Source: Verrucomicrobiaceae bacterium
GTDB lineage: Bacteria > Verrucomicrobiota > Verrucomicrobiia > Verrucomicrobiales > Akkermansiaceae
Direction: 5' to 3'
Assembly (NCBI GenBank): GCA_051252135.1
Contig: JBPOGH010000009.1
Coordinates: 128,001 to 192,000 of the forward strand
DNA: 64,000 nt
Each line of letters starts with the position of its first letter. Positions within the stretch are counted from its first letter, which is position 1. The notes under the pieces were generated by a model. The model saw only the letters and a list, made by a program, of their open reading frames with translations. It made no database searches and was not told the origin of the DNA. The translations under genes were made by a program, and so were the position numbers. Shown here piece by piece: positions 17,901 to 27,364 of the stretch.

Positions 17901-19087
17901 CACTCGTAGAAGTCTGCTTCGCCATCGTTATTCAAATCATGGAGGCGGGTGATCTGATCGCGGCCTTGGGTGTGGATGACGCCGTCGACAATCTTGAGCC
18001 CGAGAGTTTGGTAGAGGCCACTGGCGAAGCGGCGCCATTTGACCTTGGAAATGTCGCCATCGATTCCTTCGGCGATCCAGACATCGCCATTCCAGGTGGA
18101 GCAGGCGACGCTCTTGCCATCGGGGAAGAAGTCGAAGGCTCCAAAGCGGATGTTCGACTCCCAGGGGTTTTCTTTGGGAAGGGGGATGTCATCGGCAGCA
18201 TAGCCGTTTTTGGGTTCGGCGAGGCGGCCTTTGGTGGTGATGATCTCCGGGAATAAGGAGGGGCCGCCTTTGGTGAGGCCTGCGAGGCTCGCTCGTTTGG
18301 CGACGGGGATTTCGACGCCTTCCGGGGCGTAGACGAGGTCGAGTGAGCCGGCGGTTCCTTTTTCCAGGGAGAGGACGATGCGTCCGGAGTCGAGAGTCTG
18401 CAGGCTGGCGCCCTCTGGCGCGCCGCGGAGGGCGACGGTGATCTTACGACCTCCCTCGAGAGGATCGCGGACGAGGAGTTCGACGTCGTTTTTCATTTCC
18501 TCGAATTCAAACGAGCGCAGCATTCCCTCGCCGAGGGTCCATGGCATTTCGAGGACCCTGGAGCCGCCGACGGAATAGCTGAGGACGGTGCCTGTTTCAT
18601 GGCGGTAGAGTCCATGATACTCGGCTTGGGCGTCGGGGAGGGGGCCGTTTTTTGTGGGGCGGGGGTCGGCCCAGTCGCCATTGACGGCGACGCCGGGGCC
18701 TCGGTGAGTCGCGAAGAAGTAGTCCTTTTTCTTCTCTGGGAGAAAGGAATTGTCGTTGTGGACACCGCTCCAGGGGGTGCCCGCCATTTTGACGATTCCG
18801 TTGAATCCTGCGACCATGCGGAGGGTCTCGGTATCGAAGACGACCGATTGATTTTCCCGGGCGCCGAGCTTGATGGCGATCCCCTTGAGCACTGCGACCT
18901 CGCCCTTGGGGCCGAATCCTAAAAAGGTGTCGCTGATGAAGGGGCCGGTGTCCATGGCCTCCCACCATTGCAATTTGGGGTTGGCCTTAAGCTTGTCCTG
19001 AGTGAGCTCTGCCCTTGTTTTGCCGAAGGCGCTTGCCGTGAGGATGAGGGAGAGACTGGCTACCGATGTTGCCCGCAACAGATTCAT
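14921..19087 (-). CDS. Large secreted tetraheme c-type cytochrome with DUF6797-like N-terminus, dehydrogenase-type beta-propeller and PA14-like domain
   Basis: Signal peptide; propeller motifs 'GAFDFFPDG...STWNGDVW', 'GLRAPGG...GENEG'; four CxxCH (CARCH, CDVCH, CNTCH, CTTCH). Confidence 0.85.
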   Translation of the reverse strand: MNLLRATSVASLSLILTASAFGKTRAELTQDKLKANPKLQWWEAMDTGPFISDTFLGFGPKGEVAVLKGIAIKLGARENQSVVFDTETLRMVAGFNGIVKMAGTPWSGVHNDNSFLPEKKKDYFFATHRGPGVAVNGDWADPRPTKNGPLPDAQAEYHGLYRHETGTVLSYSVGGSRVLEMPWTLGEGMLRSFEFEEMKNDVELLVRDPLEGGRKITVALRGAPEGASLQTLDSGRIVLSLEKGTAGSLDLVYAPEGVEIPVAKRASLAGLTKGGPSLFPEIITTKGRLAEPKNGYAADDIPLPKENPWESNIRFGAFDFFPDGKSVACSTWNGDVWIAEGIDGDISKVKWRRFASGLYQTLGLKIVDGVIHTQGRDQITRLHDLNNDGEADFYECFNNDVLITRGFHEFAFDLQTDAEGNFYFSKGMPVLSGGRGFAESTEHNGTILKLSPDGKTLTKLAWGLRAPGGLGLGPNGELTTGENEGSYVPRCKITWSKQDGSSFHGVVPSEWDGRNFVATLPGMPTDYERPLCWLPYYVDNSSGSQFWVPKDSTWSNHAGQMLHLSYGKSSIYRTLIDEVNGQVQGGVYRLPIDLTTAGMRGRFHPESGHLYIIGFRGWQTNGGTGFQRVRFVGEEKPVPLKLEAHKNGLRIEFSSSLDPEVANDPRRYNVSKWDYVWGPQYGSGRFSIDEANNEALQKALVEPSKGSENQIDAVEVRAAKLLKDGKSVFLYIPKMTPAMQMEIGMDLADAGKKPFKETIWNTIHNLRPAFNAHGLDLANLPEIKKEALGEPGLILSTSEGSADDAVVVDRLAMTLERGDAITTFIKGDQAVFEGNIIVDARDQRAFQLDGHGWASLKINGKTVIEGELPLESQPLELEAGPQAIYCYFKKAEDGSGRIRLLWSGSDFVWEPVKPSAYRYRATPVLAAKDKARAGRDLFAAVGCARCHEADSNIFKPGASMPEIREHLPDFQNIGNRMQPGWLEQWVKKPEDHCPSVAPDSAGDIAAYLATLSENELPALKGDAKKGDTLIEELHFNTWADKLAQTPKFTSGGLQAFLMDPTAHARDTAFPHLRLTAQEAADIAAAIQAKQPKSLPMPTGDAAKGKAMVAQRCDVCHQPAKGVKYEFPAKKVKQMFDSEWLVHGCLSEEEGNAPELGLSLEQKQALLAFKNIDGNKNISSARRFVPHEYATRTIERLQCNTCHSGENKLPEIDLAGEKLQAGWLESLLCGDVQKTRPWMTARMPEFTSRSKYLAKGIAYRAGMELADDELKVDPDRVKVGEQIAGLTGYACTTCHATGATPALQAFEGQGPNLQLSGERLRPGYYHSWMYWPQRFSPLTIMPKYTVDKQKALNSTFYDGDADKQFDAIRHWMHTLQGADKAPVPEKDDH

Positions 19088-19167
19088 GCAAAAAACTACG
19101 TGCTGCGGAAAAGGCTTCAATCATTAAGCTGCGCCATTTTGAACACTCCTGGAATCTATGATACAGA

Positions 19168-22100
19168 TTAGGGGTTGAGCGTCACGTGGAGGCGGATGAA
19201 GCGCTGATCGCCTGCAAGATGGGCAACGAAATCCCGGATGGTGATGGTCTCCGTGCCATCTCCATTATCCGAGGCCGACCCTATCTGGAAAGTTGTGGCA
19301 TCCCAGCCGGAGAGGGTGGAGGAAACTTGAATTTCATAGGAAAGATCGATGGCGTTTTTTTGCCGTCTCAAGGTCATCGAGAGGTAGTCATTACCATCTG
19401 CGTTTGCGAAGGCTGATTGGTAGCCAAGTGTGGCGTCCTTGGTCAGGGGATCGAGGCCGAGGGCGTATTCGAGCAAGGTGTTGAGTCCGTCGGCATCGGG
19501 GTCGGCATCATTTCCGGTAATGGCGGGGTCGAGGAGGTCTGACTCGGTGAAGGTTTGGTTTTTCCAGAACTCGAAGGTCATCGAGGTAGCGGCCGGGCTG
19601 GCTGCGGGATCGCCGCCTACGAATTGGCTGATACCCCAATTGGGGGCCAGGTCGAAATCGGTGACGGCGGTTCCTGTGGGGTTGAGAAGAACCAGGGAGT
19701 AACCGGTCCCATCGGTCTGGGGATACCAGGCATCGCTGTAAGAGAACTCGAGAACGTTTTCGCCGACGGCATCGACGATTTGGAGTTGCTCGCCTGCGTT
19801 GTTGAGATTGCCGGTGAATTGGCCGACGACGGGCAGGAGGTTTCCGTAGCGGAGCTCGAAGGCGGCTTGGTTTGCCACTACGATGACGCGTTGCCCGGGA
19901 GCGAGTGTGGTGCCGCCTGCGAAGGTCATGCTAACGCCTTCGGTGAATTTTGCGTTGCTGAGGTCGAGGTTGTTTGGGCCATTATTGATGAGTTCGATGA
20001 ATTCGAAATCGGAGGCGGAAAGGGTGGGGATGCTGTTGAGTTCCGCGGTGGTGGGCGCTGCGGGGGCGAACATGATTTCACTCACGCGGAGGTAGGCCTG
20101 GACGAGGGTTTCGTTTCCCGGGTAGGTTTCGCTTTTGATGAGATTGCCGAAGTTGTCGTGAAGGTTGATGGTTTCACCGCGGGCGGAGAGTTGGCCATCG
20201 TAGCCGCTGATGAGGTAGCGTTTTTCATCGGCCGTTGGAGTGATGGTCCGGGAGCGGAAGCCGACGGCATCCCGGCCGATGTAGAGGGTTCCCCCGGCAG
20301 GGATGACAGCTCCGGGAGGCAGGGTGAGAGAGACGCCACCGGAGATGACCCAATCCGAGCAATCGACAGCGTAGGAATTGGGATTGAGAAGGATGAAGTA
20401 CTCGCCGCTTTGATCGGGGGTGGCTCCATTGCTTGCCGGGTTGAATGTGATCCCGACGATGTTGATGTTGGGCATTGAGGGCTGGGCGGAAGGGACTTCC
20501 GAGAGGCCGTAGAGCTGGGCGCGGCGGGAGGGGAGGTATTCGTTGAGGATTCGATTGGCTGCGGCACGCATGGGGTTGTTGTTTCCCCAGGAACCCCATT
20601 TTTGGTAGTCGAGATCGGCGTCATCGGTACCGGTGTTTGCGTTGTTGTTGTTGGGATCGATGAGGGCGACGAGGGCATTCACCCGGCCCGGAAGGTAGTC
20701 GGAGGGCGCGGATGTGGGGCCGTACATTTGATCCATGAGCGTCCGGACACGGCGGCGGAACATGTCGTTGAGGGTGGGGTCGTTGAAGATGAACTGCTTC
20801 AGGCGATTTGAGGGTCCGGCGCGGAGATTGTTGTTGTTAAAATTGTCATCGAAGTATGCGGGTCCGGAAATCCAGTTCCGGCCGAGGTTGAGATCGATAT
20901 CCCAGATGAGGGGGCGCCATTCACCGGTGCCATTGGTATCGCGATAGACATAGTAGTTTTTGTGCCCGTGATCGCGATTGTTTGTCATGTCGAGCGCGGC
21001 GAGGTAGTTGATGGTGCCGGGGATGTTGATGTTATCGTAGCCATAGCGGAGCTTGGCATCGCCGGAGAGGCCAAGGCCGGAGATGACGGCGGCGAGGTCC
21101 GAATTCCCCTCTTCTTTGCGGGTCTTTTTATTGACCCCGCTGGAGGAGGAATCGAAGGAGTTATACATTTTGTAAAGAGCGCCATTTTCATCGAGTCCCA
21201 CGCGATCGAGGTAGCGGTCATCGCCGTCTTCGATCAGGTCGGCGGTGCTAAAAAAAGCGGCATTCTGCTGAATGCGGACGGGGAAGGCGTAGTGGGCGGG
21301 GTGGCCGGAGAGGCGCATCATTTCGTAGCCGATGAAGTTGCGCGTCTTGGATTTATCGGCCCAGTTGGTGATGAGGTTGATATCCTTGGCCCGCTTGCCG
21401 CCGATCTCGGGGAGGAATCGGTCTCCCTTGTTGAAGTCGATGTCGTAGCTCTTCTTCGGGAATCCTCCCGTCGATTGGCCGTGTCGGTCGGCCTGAATAT
21501 TGTCGTAGAACTGATTGAGGTAAAAGATTGATCCGCGAGAGCCGGAAACGGTGGTGGCTCCATTGGGGTCGGCAGTGAACCAATGAATGACGGGGAGATT
21601 GGAGGATGCGATGGATGGGTCTTCAGCGATGGTGCCGTAGTATTCAGGGGAGTCGAGAGGGTCGTTGAAGGGCGGAGATTTGGTGGAGTTATTTGAGCTA
21701 TCGGTGGCGTTGACACGCCAGCGGATCATTTGTCCTGCGGTCATTCCGGAGGTGGACATGGAAGCGGTGTAGATGCCATCCCCCGCGAGGAGATCTGCGC
21801 CGGTGCCGTTGTCATTCATCGCTAGAGTGGACTCGCTGCCATACATGACGCGAGTGTGGAGGGTGACGGATGAGACGGGGTTGAGAGTGGGGACGACATC
21901 GGCCTCAATGACGACATTTCCGGCTCCCGGATTAAGAGGAAGGAGGCCATTGGTGACGCTGCGGACGAGTGGCCCGGGGCTTGCTGATCCTCCGCTATTT
22001 GCGGCATTTGGGGTGGGGGAGGTGAAGTAGGCTGCGGTAGAGGATCCGCTGATGGTGGCTGCTTCAAGAGTAGGAAGAAAGAGTGAGTCCGAGCTGGTGG

Positions 22101-23109
22101 CGCTACGATTTAATCCGTGGATGCAAAGGAGGTTGTTCCCCACGAGAAGATTTGAAGGATCAATGGTGAAGGGGACATCGACCACGGCATCTCCGTCATT
22201 GTGGATGTCGGTTGCGTTCGATTGGTAATCCAATTCGTCCGATGGAGGATTGAGCGCTTCCGCTATAATTTCAGGGTCGCCGTTGAGGTAGGCGACAAAG
22301 CCATCATCGTACTTCATATTAAGCGTCAACGAAGAGATCGAGGTGGGATCGGCGACGGTGAAGGGGATGCGGATGTAAACGGAGGTGACTGTGCTGCCCT
22401 GGTTGTAGAAAGTGCTCTGAATGTCGGTTCCGATGAAGGCATCGTAGGGGTCGTTGTTTGCGGTAGCGTAGCCGAGTCCGGTAGTGGCATTACTCCAGGA
22501 GTTGTCATTGAAGCCCGAGCTGATCCAGGAGTTGACGTTCTGGCCATCATTGACGTCGTCGTTTCCATTGGAAGGAACGAGATATTTGGCGGAGGCTCCG
22601 GAGCTGAGGAGAGTGAGGCTGGAGGTGGACTGCTGAAGGCCGTAGGAAATATCGGTGACCTGCTGAGGGTAGGCGGCTCCGTAGTCGTGCTCCACGGTGA
22701 TACCGTCAGGTCGCACGATGGCGAGATATTCGCCAGAGGCGGAGAGTTTGAAATTTGTGTGAAGCTCGCCGCCCGGGTCTTGGCGGTTTTTATCGGAGGC
22801 AAAAATGACGATGAGTTGTCCGGAGTTGAGGGTAATGTCCGGAATGGCCCACTTTGTCAGATTCGTGGAATCGTCGGTGAGATACCATCCGCTGAGATTG
22901 AGTGCGGATCCGCTTTGGTTGTAGAGTTCGATCCAGTCTTCGCTATTTCCATCTTCGTCGTTGAGGGTTTCAGCATTCGAGGCCATGAACTCCGAAATGA
23001 TGACGGATTGTGCCGGTGCCAATACGGTCAATCCCAAGGGGAGAGTCAGGAGAGAAATGAAGCGAGCGATTCCAATGTGGAGCGCTTTGTTGAAAAAGGA
23101 AAAAGACAT
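19168..23109 (-). CDS. Lamin-tail domain + CotH kinase secreted protein
   Basis: LTD 'VIISEFMASN...DWIELYN'; CotH-like 'HGQSTGGFPKKSY', 'NRDHGHKNYYVY...WDIDLNLG'; two further LTDs; C-terminal QRFIRLHV. Start approximate. Confidence 0.88.
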   Translation of the reverse strand: MSFSFFNKALHIGIARFISLLTLPLGLTVLAPAQSVIISEFMASNAETLNDEDGNSEDWIELYNQSGSALNLSGWYLTDDSTNLTKWAIPDITLNSGQLIVIFASDKNRQDPGGELHTNFKLSASGEYLAIVRPDGITVEHDYGAAYPQQVTDISYGLQQSTSSLTLLSSGASAKYLVPSNGNDDVNDGQNVNSWISSGFNDNSWSNATTGLGYATANNDPYDAFIGTDIQSTFYNQGSTVTSVYIRIPFTVADPTSISSLTLNMKYDDGFVAYLNGDPEIIAEALNPPSDELDYQSNATDIHNDGDAVVDVPFTIDPSNLLVGNNLLCIHGLNRSATSSDSLFLPTLEAATISGSSTAAYFTSPTPNAANSGGSASPGPLVRSVTNGLLPLNPGAGNVVIEADVVPTLNPVSSVTLHTRVMYGSESTLAMNDNGTGADLLAGDGIYTASMSTSGMTAGQMIRWRVNATDSSNNSTKSPPFNDPLDSPEYYGTIAEDPSIASSNLPVIHWFTADPNGATTVSGSRGSIFYLNQFYDNIQADRHGQSTGGFPKKSYDIDFNKGDRFLPEIGGKRAKDINLITNWADKSKTRNFIGYEMMRLSGHPAHYAFPVRIQQNAAFFSTADLIEDGDDRYLDRVGLDENGALYKMYNSFDSSSSGVNKKTRKEEGNSDLAAVISGLGLSGDAKLRYGYDNINIPGTINYLAALDMTNNRDHGHKNYYVYRDTNGTGEWRPLIWDIDLNLGRNWISGPAYFDDNFNNNNLRAGPSNRLKQFIFNDPTLNDMFRRRVRTLMDQMYGPTSAPSDYLPGRVNALVALIDPNNNNANTGTDDADLDYQKWGSWGNNNPMRAAANRILNEYLPSRRAQLYGLSEVPSAQPSMPNINIVGITFNPASNGATPDQSGEYFILLNPNSYAVDCSDWVISGGVSLTLPPGAVIPAGGTLYIGRDAVGFRSRTITPTADEKRYLISGYDGQLSARGETINLHDNFGNLIKSETYPGNETLVQAYLRVSEIMFAPAAPTTAELNSIPTLSASDFEFIELINNGPNNLDLSNAKFTEGVSMTFAGGTTLAPGQRVIVVANQAAFELRYGNLLPVVGQFTGNLNNAGEQLQIVDAVGENVLEFSYSDAWYPQTDGTGYSLVLLNPTGTAVTDFDLAPNWGISQFVGGDPAASPAATSMTFEFWKNQTFTESDLLDPAITGNDADPDADGLNTLLEYALGLDPLTKDATLGYQSAFANADGNDYLSMTLRRQKNAIDLSYEIQVSSTLSGWDATTFQIGSASDNGDGTETITIRDFVAHLAGDQRFIRLHVTLNP

Positions 23110-23407
23110 CGTGATGGGGAGTTGCACCGCAGATATCCTGCGAGCCCGCGGACCATATTTTGTTTTGAGCCTCAGGTCAGTCGAAATAACCAATCCAGCT
23201 AAAGAATTGCAGGTCATTGGGTAATCGTTTTCTGTGGGTTGATCTTCGGCGTTGAGGTCGGTTGCTTTATTGTGGGGGGCTGGCCGATTTTTAGGCGGGC
23301 TTTGAGTCTGAAAGTGACCGGAGGATCCGTTTCCTGCCCAAGGCTTGCAGAAGGGCGTGGCAAACAGGCCGGCTCGATGGGATTTGTCAGACTGAAAGGA
23401 GTTTTTT

Positions 23408-23423
23408 TGAGTGATGTCACTCA
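23408..23423. promoter_or_regulatory. Candidate operator palindrome TGAGTGA-TG-TCACTCA between divergent genes
   Basis: Perfect 7-bp inverted repeat with 2-nt spacer, ~50 bp upstream of ATG 23475. Confidence 0.35.
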
Positions 23424-23474
23424 TCTGTATAAAATGGGGTGGATGCTTTGTTTGTTATTGCAGCCGCAATCATT

Positions 23475-25658
23475 ATGAAAAAAATCTTCAATTTCACATT
23501 TGCTCTTCTGGGCATGGGTACCGCTCTGGCAGACTATCCTGCCACCGTCCTGGACGATGCTCCTCTGGCCTACTTTCGCTTTGAAGAAGATGCTGGGGCT
23601 TCCTTTGCCGCTGATTCAACAGGAAATGGAAATGACGCCATCGATTATGCCGAATTGGGATCTGGGGTCATCGGTGTTCAGGGAGCCATTGGGAAAGCGG
23701 TAAAATTCAATGGTGACGGAGGGATCGTTACCGGACTGACTTTCGACCCGTCGACCTCGGACTTTTCGATGGAATTCCTTGTTAAGCCCGATTTTATCGA
23801 AACGGATACTCAGGTGGTGATTTCGAATCGCGATGGTGAAGGGCTCGGACGTTCCAATGCCAACATCGGGGGAAACAGCCAGATTAATAGCTTCGCCGGC
23901 GGAGCAACCTCGAACTCGGGGATCAATGCCAAGGTGGGCGACTGGCAGCATGTGGTTTTCACCTATGAAAACAGCACAACGACCATTCGGATCTTCGTCG
24001 ATGGAGTTGAGGGAACCTCCACCGTGTTGGGAAACCTGGGAACCCCACGTGCGGTGGAATCGGCAAATGGTGAATGGATCATTGGTGCCCAGAAGCTACT
24101 TAACCAACAATTCACCAATGGTCTTGTCGACGAGGTGGCCATCTACGACACCCGTCTGGATGACCCCAATGGCGATGGCGATCCAAGCGATTCGCGCATC
24201 CCTGCCCACTACGAGGCGTATCGTGATGATACGGGCCTTTTCAAATTTGAGGCAGATCGGATTTATGCTGATTCAGGTGAGCCGGTAGAGCTCTCATGGA
24301 CGGTGTCGCCGACCATGACCACCCTTGAAATCGATAACGGGGTGGGGGATGTCCTCGGCGGGCTCTCCAGCGCGGCGGACGGTCGCTCGGAGGGAAGTGT
24401 GATCGTCAATCCCACTGCGACCACGACCTACACCTTGAGTGGAACGAATCCTTTTGAAAGCGACACGCTGTCAGTTGAGGTCATCGTGGACGAACTTCCG
24501 GTGATTGATCTCTTCGTATCCAACTTCGATGAAGTCATCGAAACTCAAAGTATTGAGCTGAGCTGGACCATAACCAATGCGGATACTGCCGAAATCGACC
24601 AAGGGATTGGAGCACTGGTTACCAACCCGGGCCTGGTGACGACCGGCAGCCAGACCATCGCTATCAATGAAGCGACGACCTTTACTCTCTCCGCTACCAA
24701 TGGTGTCGGAACAGCGACCGCTCAAGTCACTGTGACCACTCGCGAGGGTGACCCTTCCCTGATCGCTCATTGGAAAGTGGGGGAAGTAGACGGTGAAACG
24801 GCTGGCACAACCCTCCTTGCAGACACCGGAGAGGCTTTCAACGGAACATTCGTTGGAACCCCAGCCTTTGACACGGAAGATCCTGCTCCGGTCCCTACCG
24901 GATCGTCTGCCTCTTTGGTCTTCGATGGGAATGACAGTTGGGTCGATATCCTCGGCTGGAATGGAATCGGTGGCACCACTTCCCGCACGGTTGCCTTTTG
25001 GTTCAAAGGATTGGCCCCGCAGACCAATAACAACGCGACTTTGGTTTCTTGGGGAACCAACGCCACCGGAGCGCGTTTTGACATTCGTCTGAACAGCGGA
25101 GGGAGTGGCGTCCTGCGAACGGAGGTCGCCGGTTCCGGCTCCAATGGAACGGCGTTCATCGGAGATGACGCCTGGCATCATGTCGCAGTGGTTCTGACGG
25201 ATGATGGTGACCCCACTATTGGAGAGGTCCTTTTCTACATCGATGGCGAGCTGGATACTCTCAGTGTTGCCGGTGGAACTGATATCGACACCAGCACCGC
25301 AAATTTTGTCAGATTAGGTGCTTCGCGTGCCCTGGCGAACCGGTCGCTAACCGGTAAGCTCGACGACATTCGGATCTACAATCGCCCACTCGACGCAGAG
25401 GAAGTTTTGTCGCTTGTAGAAGGAGTGCCGGTTGTTGAGGAATTGGCAATCACCTCCCTGGTTCGTAATCCCGATGACTCCGTCTCTCTCCAATGGAACG
25501 CGCGGCCTGGCAAATTCTACTTTGTCGAAGTAAGCGCCACCCTGGAGGAAAATTCGTGGATCGAGCTAGCCGACGAAGTGAACGCCGGAGAATATTTGGA
25601 TAACACCTTCGCTATCGAAAACCGGTTTGGATTTTACCGCGTGCGGGAAGCGCCCTAA
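23475..25658 (+). CDS. Secreted protein with two LamG-like jelly-roll domains and two PKD/Ig-like repeats
   Basis: Signal peptide; WQHVVFTY...GLVDEVAIY and WHHVAVV...GKLDDIRIYNRPL; 'TTTYTLS' repeats; C-terminal FGFYRVRE. Confidence 0.85.
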   Translation: MKKIFNFTFALLGMGTALADYPATVLDDAPLAYFRFEEDAGASFAADSTGNGNDAIDYAELGSGVIGVQGAIGKAVKFNGDGGIVTGLTFDPSTSDFSMEFLVKPDFIETDTQVVISNRDGEGLGRSNANIGGNSQINSFAGGATSNSGINAKVGDWQHVVFTYENSTTTIRIFVDGVEGTSTVLGNLGTPRAVESANGEWIIGAQKLLNQQFTNGLVDEVAIYDTRLDDPNGDGDPSDSRIPAHYEAYRDDTGLFKFEADRIYADSGEPVELSWTVSPTMTTLEIDNGVGDVLGGLSSAADGRSEGSVIVNPTATTTYTLSGTNPFESDTLSVEVIVDELPVIDLFVSNFDEVIETQSIELSWTITNADTAEIDQGIGALVTNPGLVTTGSQTIAINEATTFTLSATNGVGTATAQVTVTTREGDPSLIAHWKVGEVDGETAGTTLLADTGEAFNGTFVGTPAFDTEDPAPVPTGSSASLVFDGNDSWVDILGWNGIGGTTSRTVAFWFKGLAPQTNNNATLVSWGTNATGARFDIRLNSGGSGVLRTEVAGSGSNGTAFIGDDAWHHVAVVLTDDGDPTIGEVLFYIDGELDTLSVAGGTDIDTSTANFVRLGASRALANRSLTGKLDDIRIYNRPLDAEEVLSLVEGVPVVEELAITSLVRNPDDSVSLQWNARPGKFYFVEVSATLEENSWIELADEVNAGEYLDNTFAIENRFGFYRVREAP

Positions 25659-25678
25659 TGTCATCGCCTCAACCTTTC

Positions 25679-25721
25679 AAAAGGCCCGCGTCGCATTGAT
25701 TGCGAATCGCGGGCCTTTTTT
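25679..25721 (+). terminator. Intrinsic terminator
   Basis: AAAAGGCCCGCG...CGCGGGCCTTTTTT after the stop at 25658. Confidence 0.85.
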
Positions 25722-25799
25722 ATGGGAAAGAAAGTTGAACGGGCGTTTTCTCGTAGCCTTGTTCACTTGAAACAAGTCGACCATCAATTTCCTTTCCAC

Positions 25800-27278
25800 A
25801 TGCTGCACTCTTCCCTTTTTCTAAAGGCTGCGGTCCTCGCCGCTCTCATCGGTCCTGTTTCGGCGGATTCCGGACGGCCCAACGTTCTCATGATCCTTGT
25901 CGATGACCTCAAGCCCGCCATCGGAGCTTATGGTGACAAGCACGCCATCACACCGCACCTCGACGCCCTTGCTGAAGCGGGCATGCGCTTTGATCTCGCC
26001 TACTGTAATCAAGCAGTCTGTGCCCCCTCCCGTTTTACCCTCATGCTTGGATCCCATTCGACATCCACGGGCCTCTATGGCCTCGGAAGCAAGCTCCGTG
26101 AAGCGCTCCCCGATGCCGTCACCCTTCCCCAGTACTTCGCCAAATATGGTGGTTATCGCACCGAGTCCCTCGGGAAAATTTTCCATATCGGTCATGGGAA
26201 CCATGGAGATCCCGATTCCTTCTCCGTTCCGCACTTCAAGGAAAAGGTAATCGAGTATCGCGATCCCGTCAGCAAGCCCGCCGGCCAACTCACTCGCGAA
26301 GAAGCCATGTTCCAGAACGTCAAGGCTCCTCATGGCGGCATGAATACGCTGCCACGTGGAGCCGCCTTCGAATCACCCGATGTCCCGGATGATGCCTATG
26401 CCGATGGCCGGATAGCCGCCGAAACCATCAGGCGTCTGAAAGCTGCCAAAGACCTCCGTGAAAAAGACGGGACCCCTTTCTTCATTGCCGCCGGATTTGC
26501 GCGCCCCCACCTCCCGTTCTCAGCTCCCAAGAAGTATTGGGTCCTCTATGACCCCGGTAAGCTCCCCCTTCCGGAAAACACCCAACTTCCCAAAGACTCC
26601 CCCGGCGTGGCCCACAAAAGGGGAGGGGAAATTCGGAATTACTTCCCCGTGCCGGATAAAAACGACCCCGCTCAAATCACCCCTGAGCTCGCTCGAAAGC
26701 TTATCCATGGTTACTACGCCAGCACCAGCTATGCCGATGCTCAGATCGGAAAAATCATGACCTCTCTCCACGAGCTCGGCCTTGCCGATCACACCATTGT
26801 TGTTCTCTGGGGAGACCACGGCTTTCATCTCGGCGACCTGGGCATCTGGACCAAGCACACCAACTACGAGCAAGCCAACCGGATCCCGCTCATCTTTGTT
26901 GCTCCCGGTGTTGCCCGGCCAAATACAAGCACCAAGCAACTCGCGGAAAGCGTCGATGTCTTTCCCACTCTCGCAGAACTTGCCGGTCTTCCCGCACCTG
27001 AAGGCCCGCAACCCATCGATGGTCTCAGCCTCGTTCCCGTCCTCCGCAATCCCGCCGCCCGCGTTCGCGACCACGCCTACCATATTTTCCCCAAGCGCAA
27101 GCTCGGCCGGGCCATTCGCACCGAGCGTTACCGCCTTGTTGAATGGGGAAACGAATACGAACTCTACGATTACCAAAGCGATCCCCACGAAACCCAAAGT
27201 CTGGCGACCCAAAAACCGCGAGTCGTCAAGGAGCTCAAAGCCATCCTTGCCCAATACCCCGCTCCTAAAACGCGGTAA
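25800..27278 (+). CDS. Formylglycine-dependent sulfatase (iduronate-2-sulfatase/choline-sulfatase-like)
   Basis: PNVLMILVDDL, CAPSR (CxPxR), GKIFH, RPHLPF, WGDHGFHLG, WTKH. Confidence 0.92.
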   Translation: MLHSSLFLKAAVLAALIGPVSADSGRPNVLMILVDDLKPAIGAYGDKHAITPHLDALAEAGMRFDLAYCNQAVCAPSRFTLMLGSHSTSTGLYGLGSKLREALPDAVTLPQYFAKYGGYRTESLGKIFHIGHGNHGDPDSFSVPHFKEKVIEYRDPVSKPAGQLTREEAMFQNVKAPHGGMNTLPRGAAFESPDVPDDAYADGRIAAETIRRLKAAKDLREKDGTPFFIAAGFARPHLPFSAPKKYWVLYDPGKLPLPENTQLPKDSPGVAHKRGGEIRNYFPVPDKNDPAQITPELARKLIHGYYASTSYADAQIGKIMTSLHELGLADHTIVVLWGDHGFHLGDLGIWTKHTNYEQANRIPLIFVAPGVARPNTSTKQLAESVDVFPTLAELAGLPAPEGPQPIDGLSLVPVLRNPAARVRDHAYHIFPKRKLGRAIRTERYRLVEWGNEYELYDYQSDPHETQSLATQKPRVVKELKAILAQYPAPKTR

Positions 27279-27364
27279 GTACTGCCGCCAGCAGCTCACC
27301 AGGGCATCGTTTCGAAAAGACCGGAGGGTGGCGGCTCACCTTTATTTCGAGTGACCGGGCTTCC

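Noticed and set aside
23110..23424. 105-aa N-terminal extension of the CotH ORF
   Set aside because: It is not protein-like and would bury the signal peptide; treated as intergenic.
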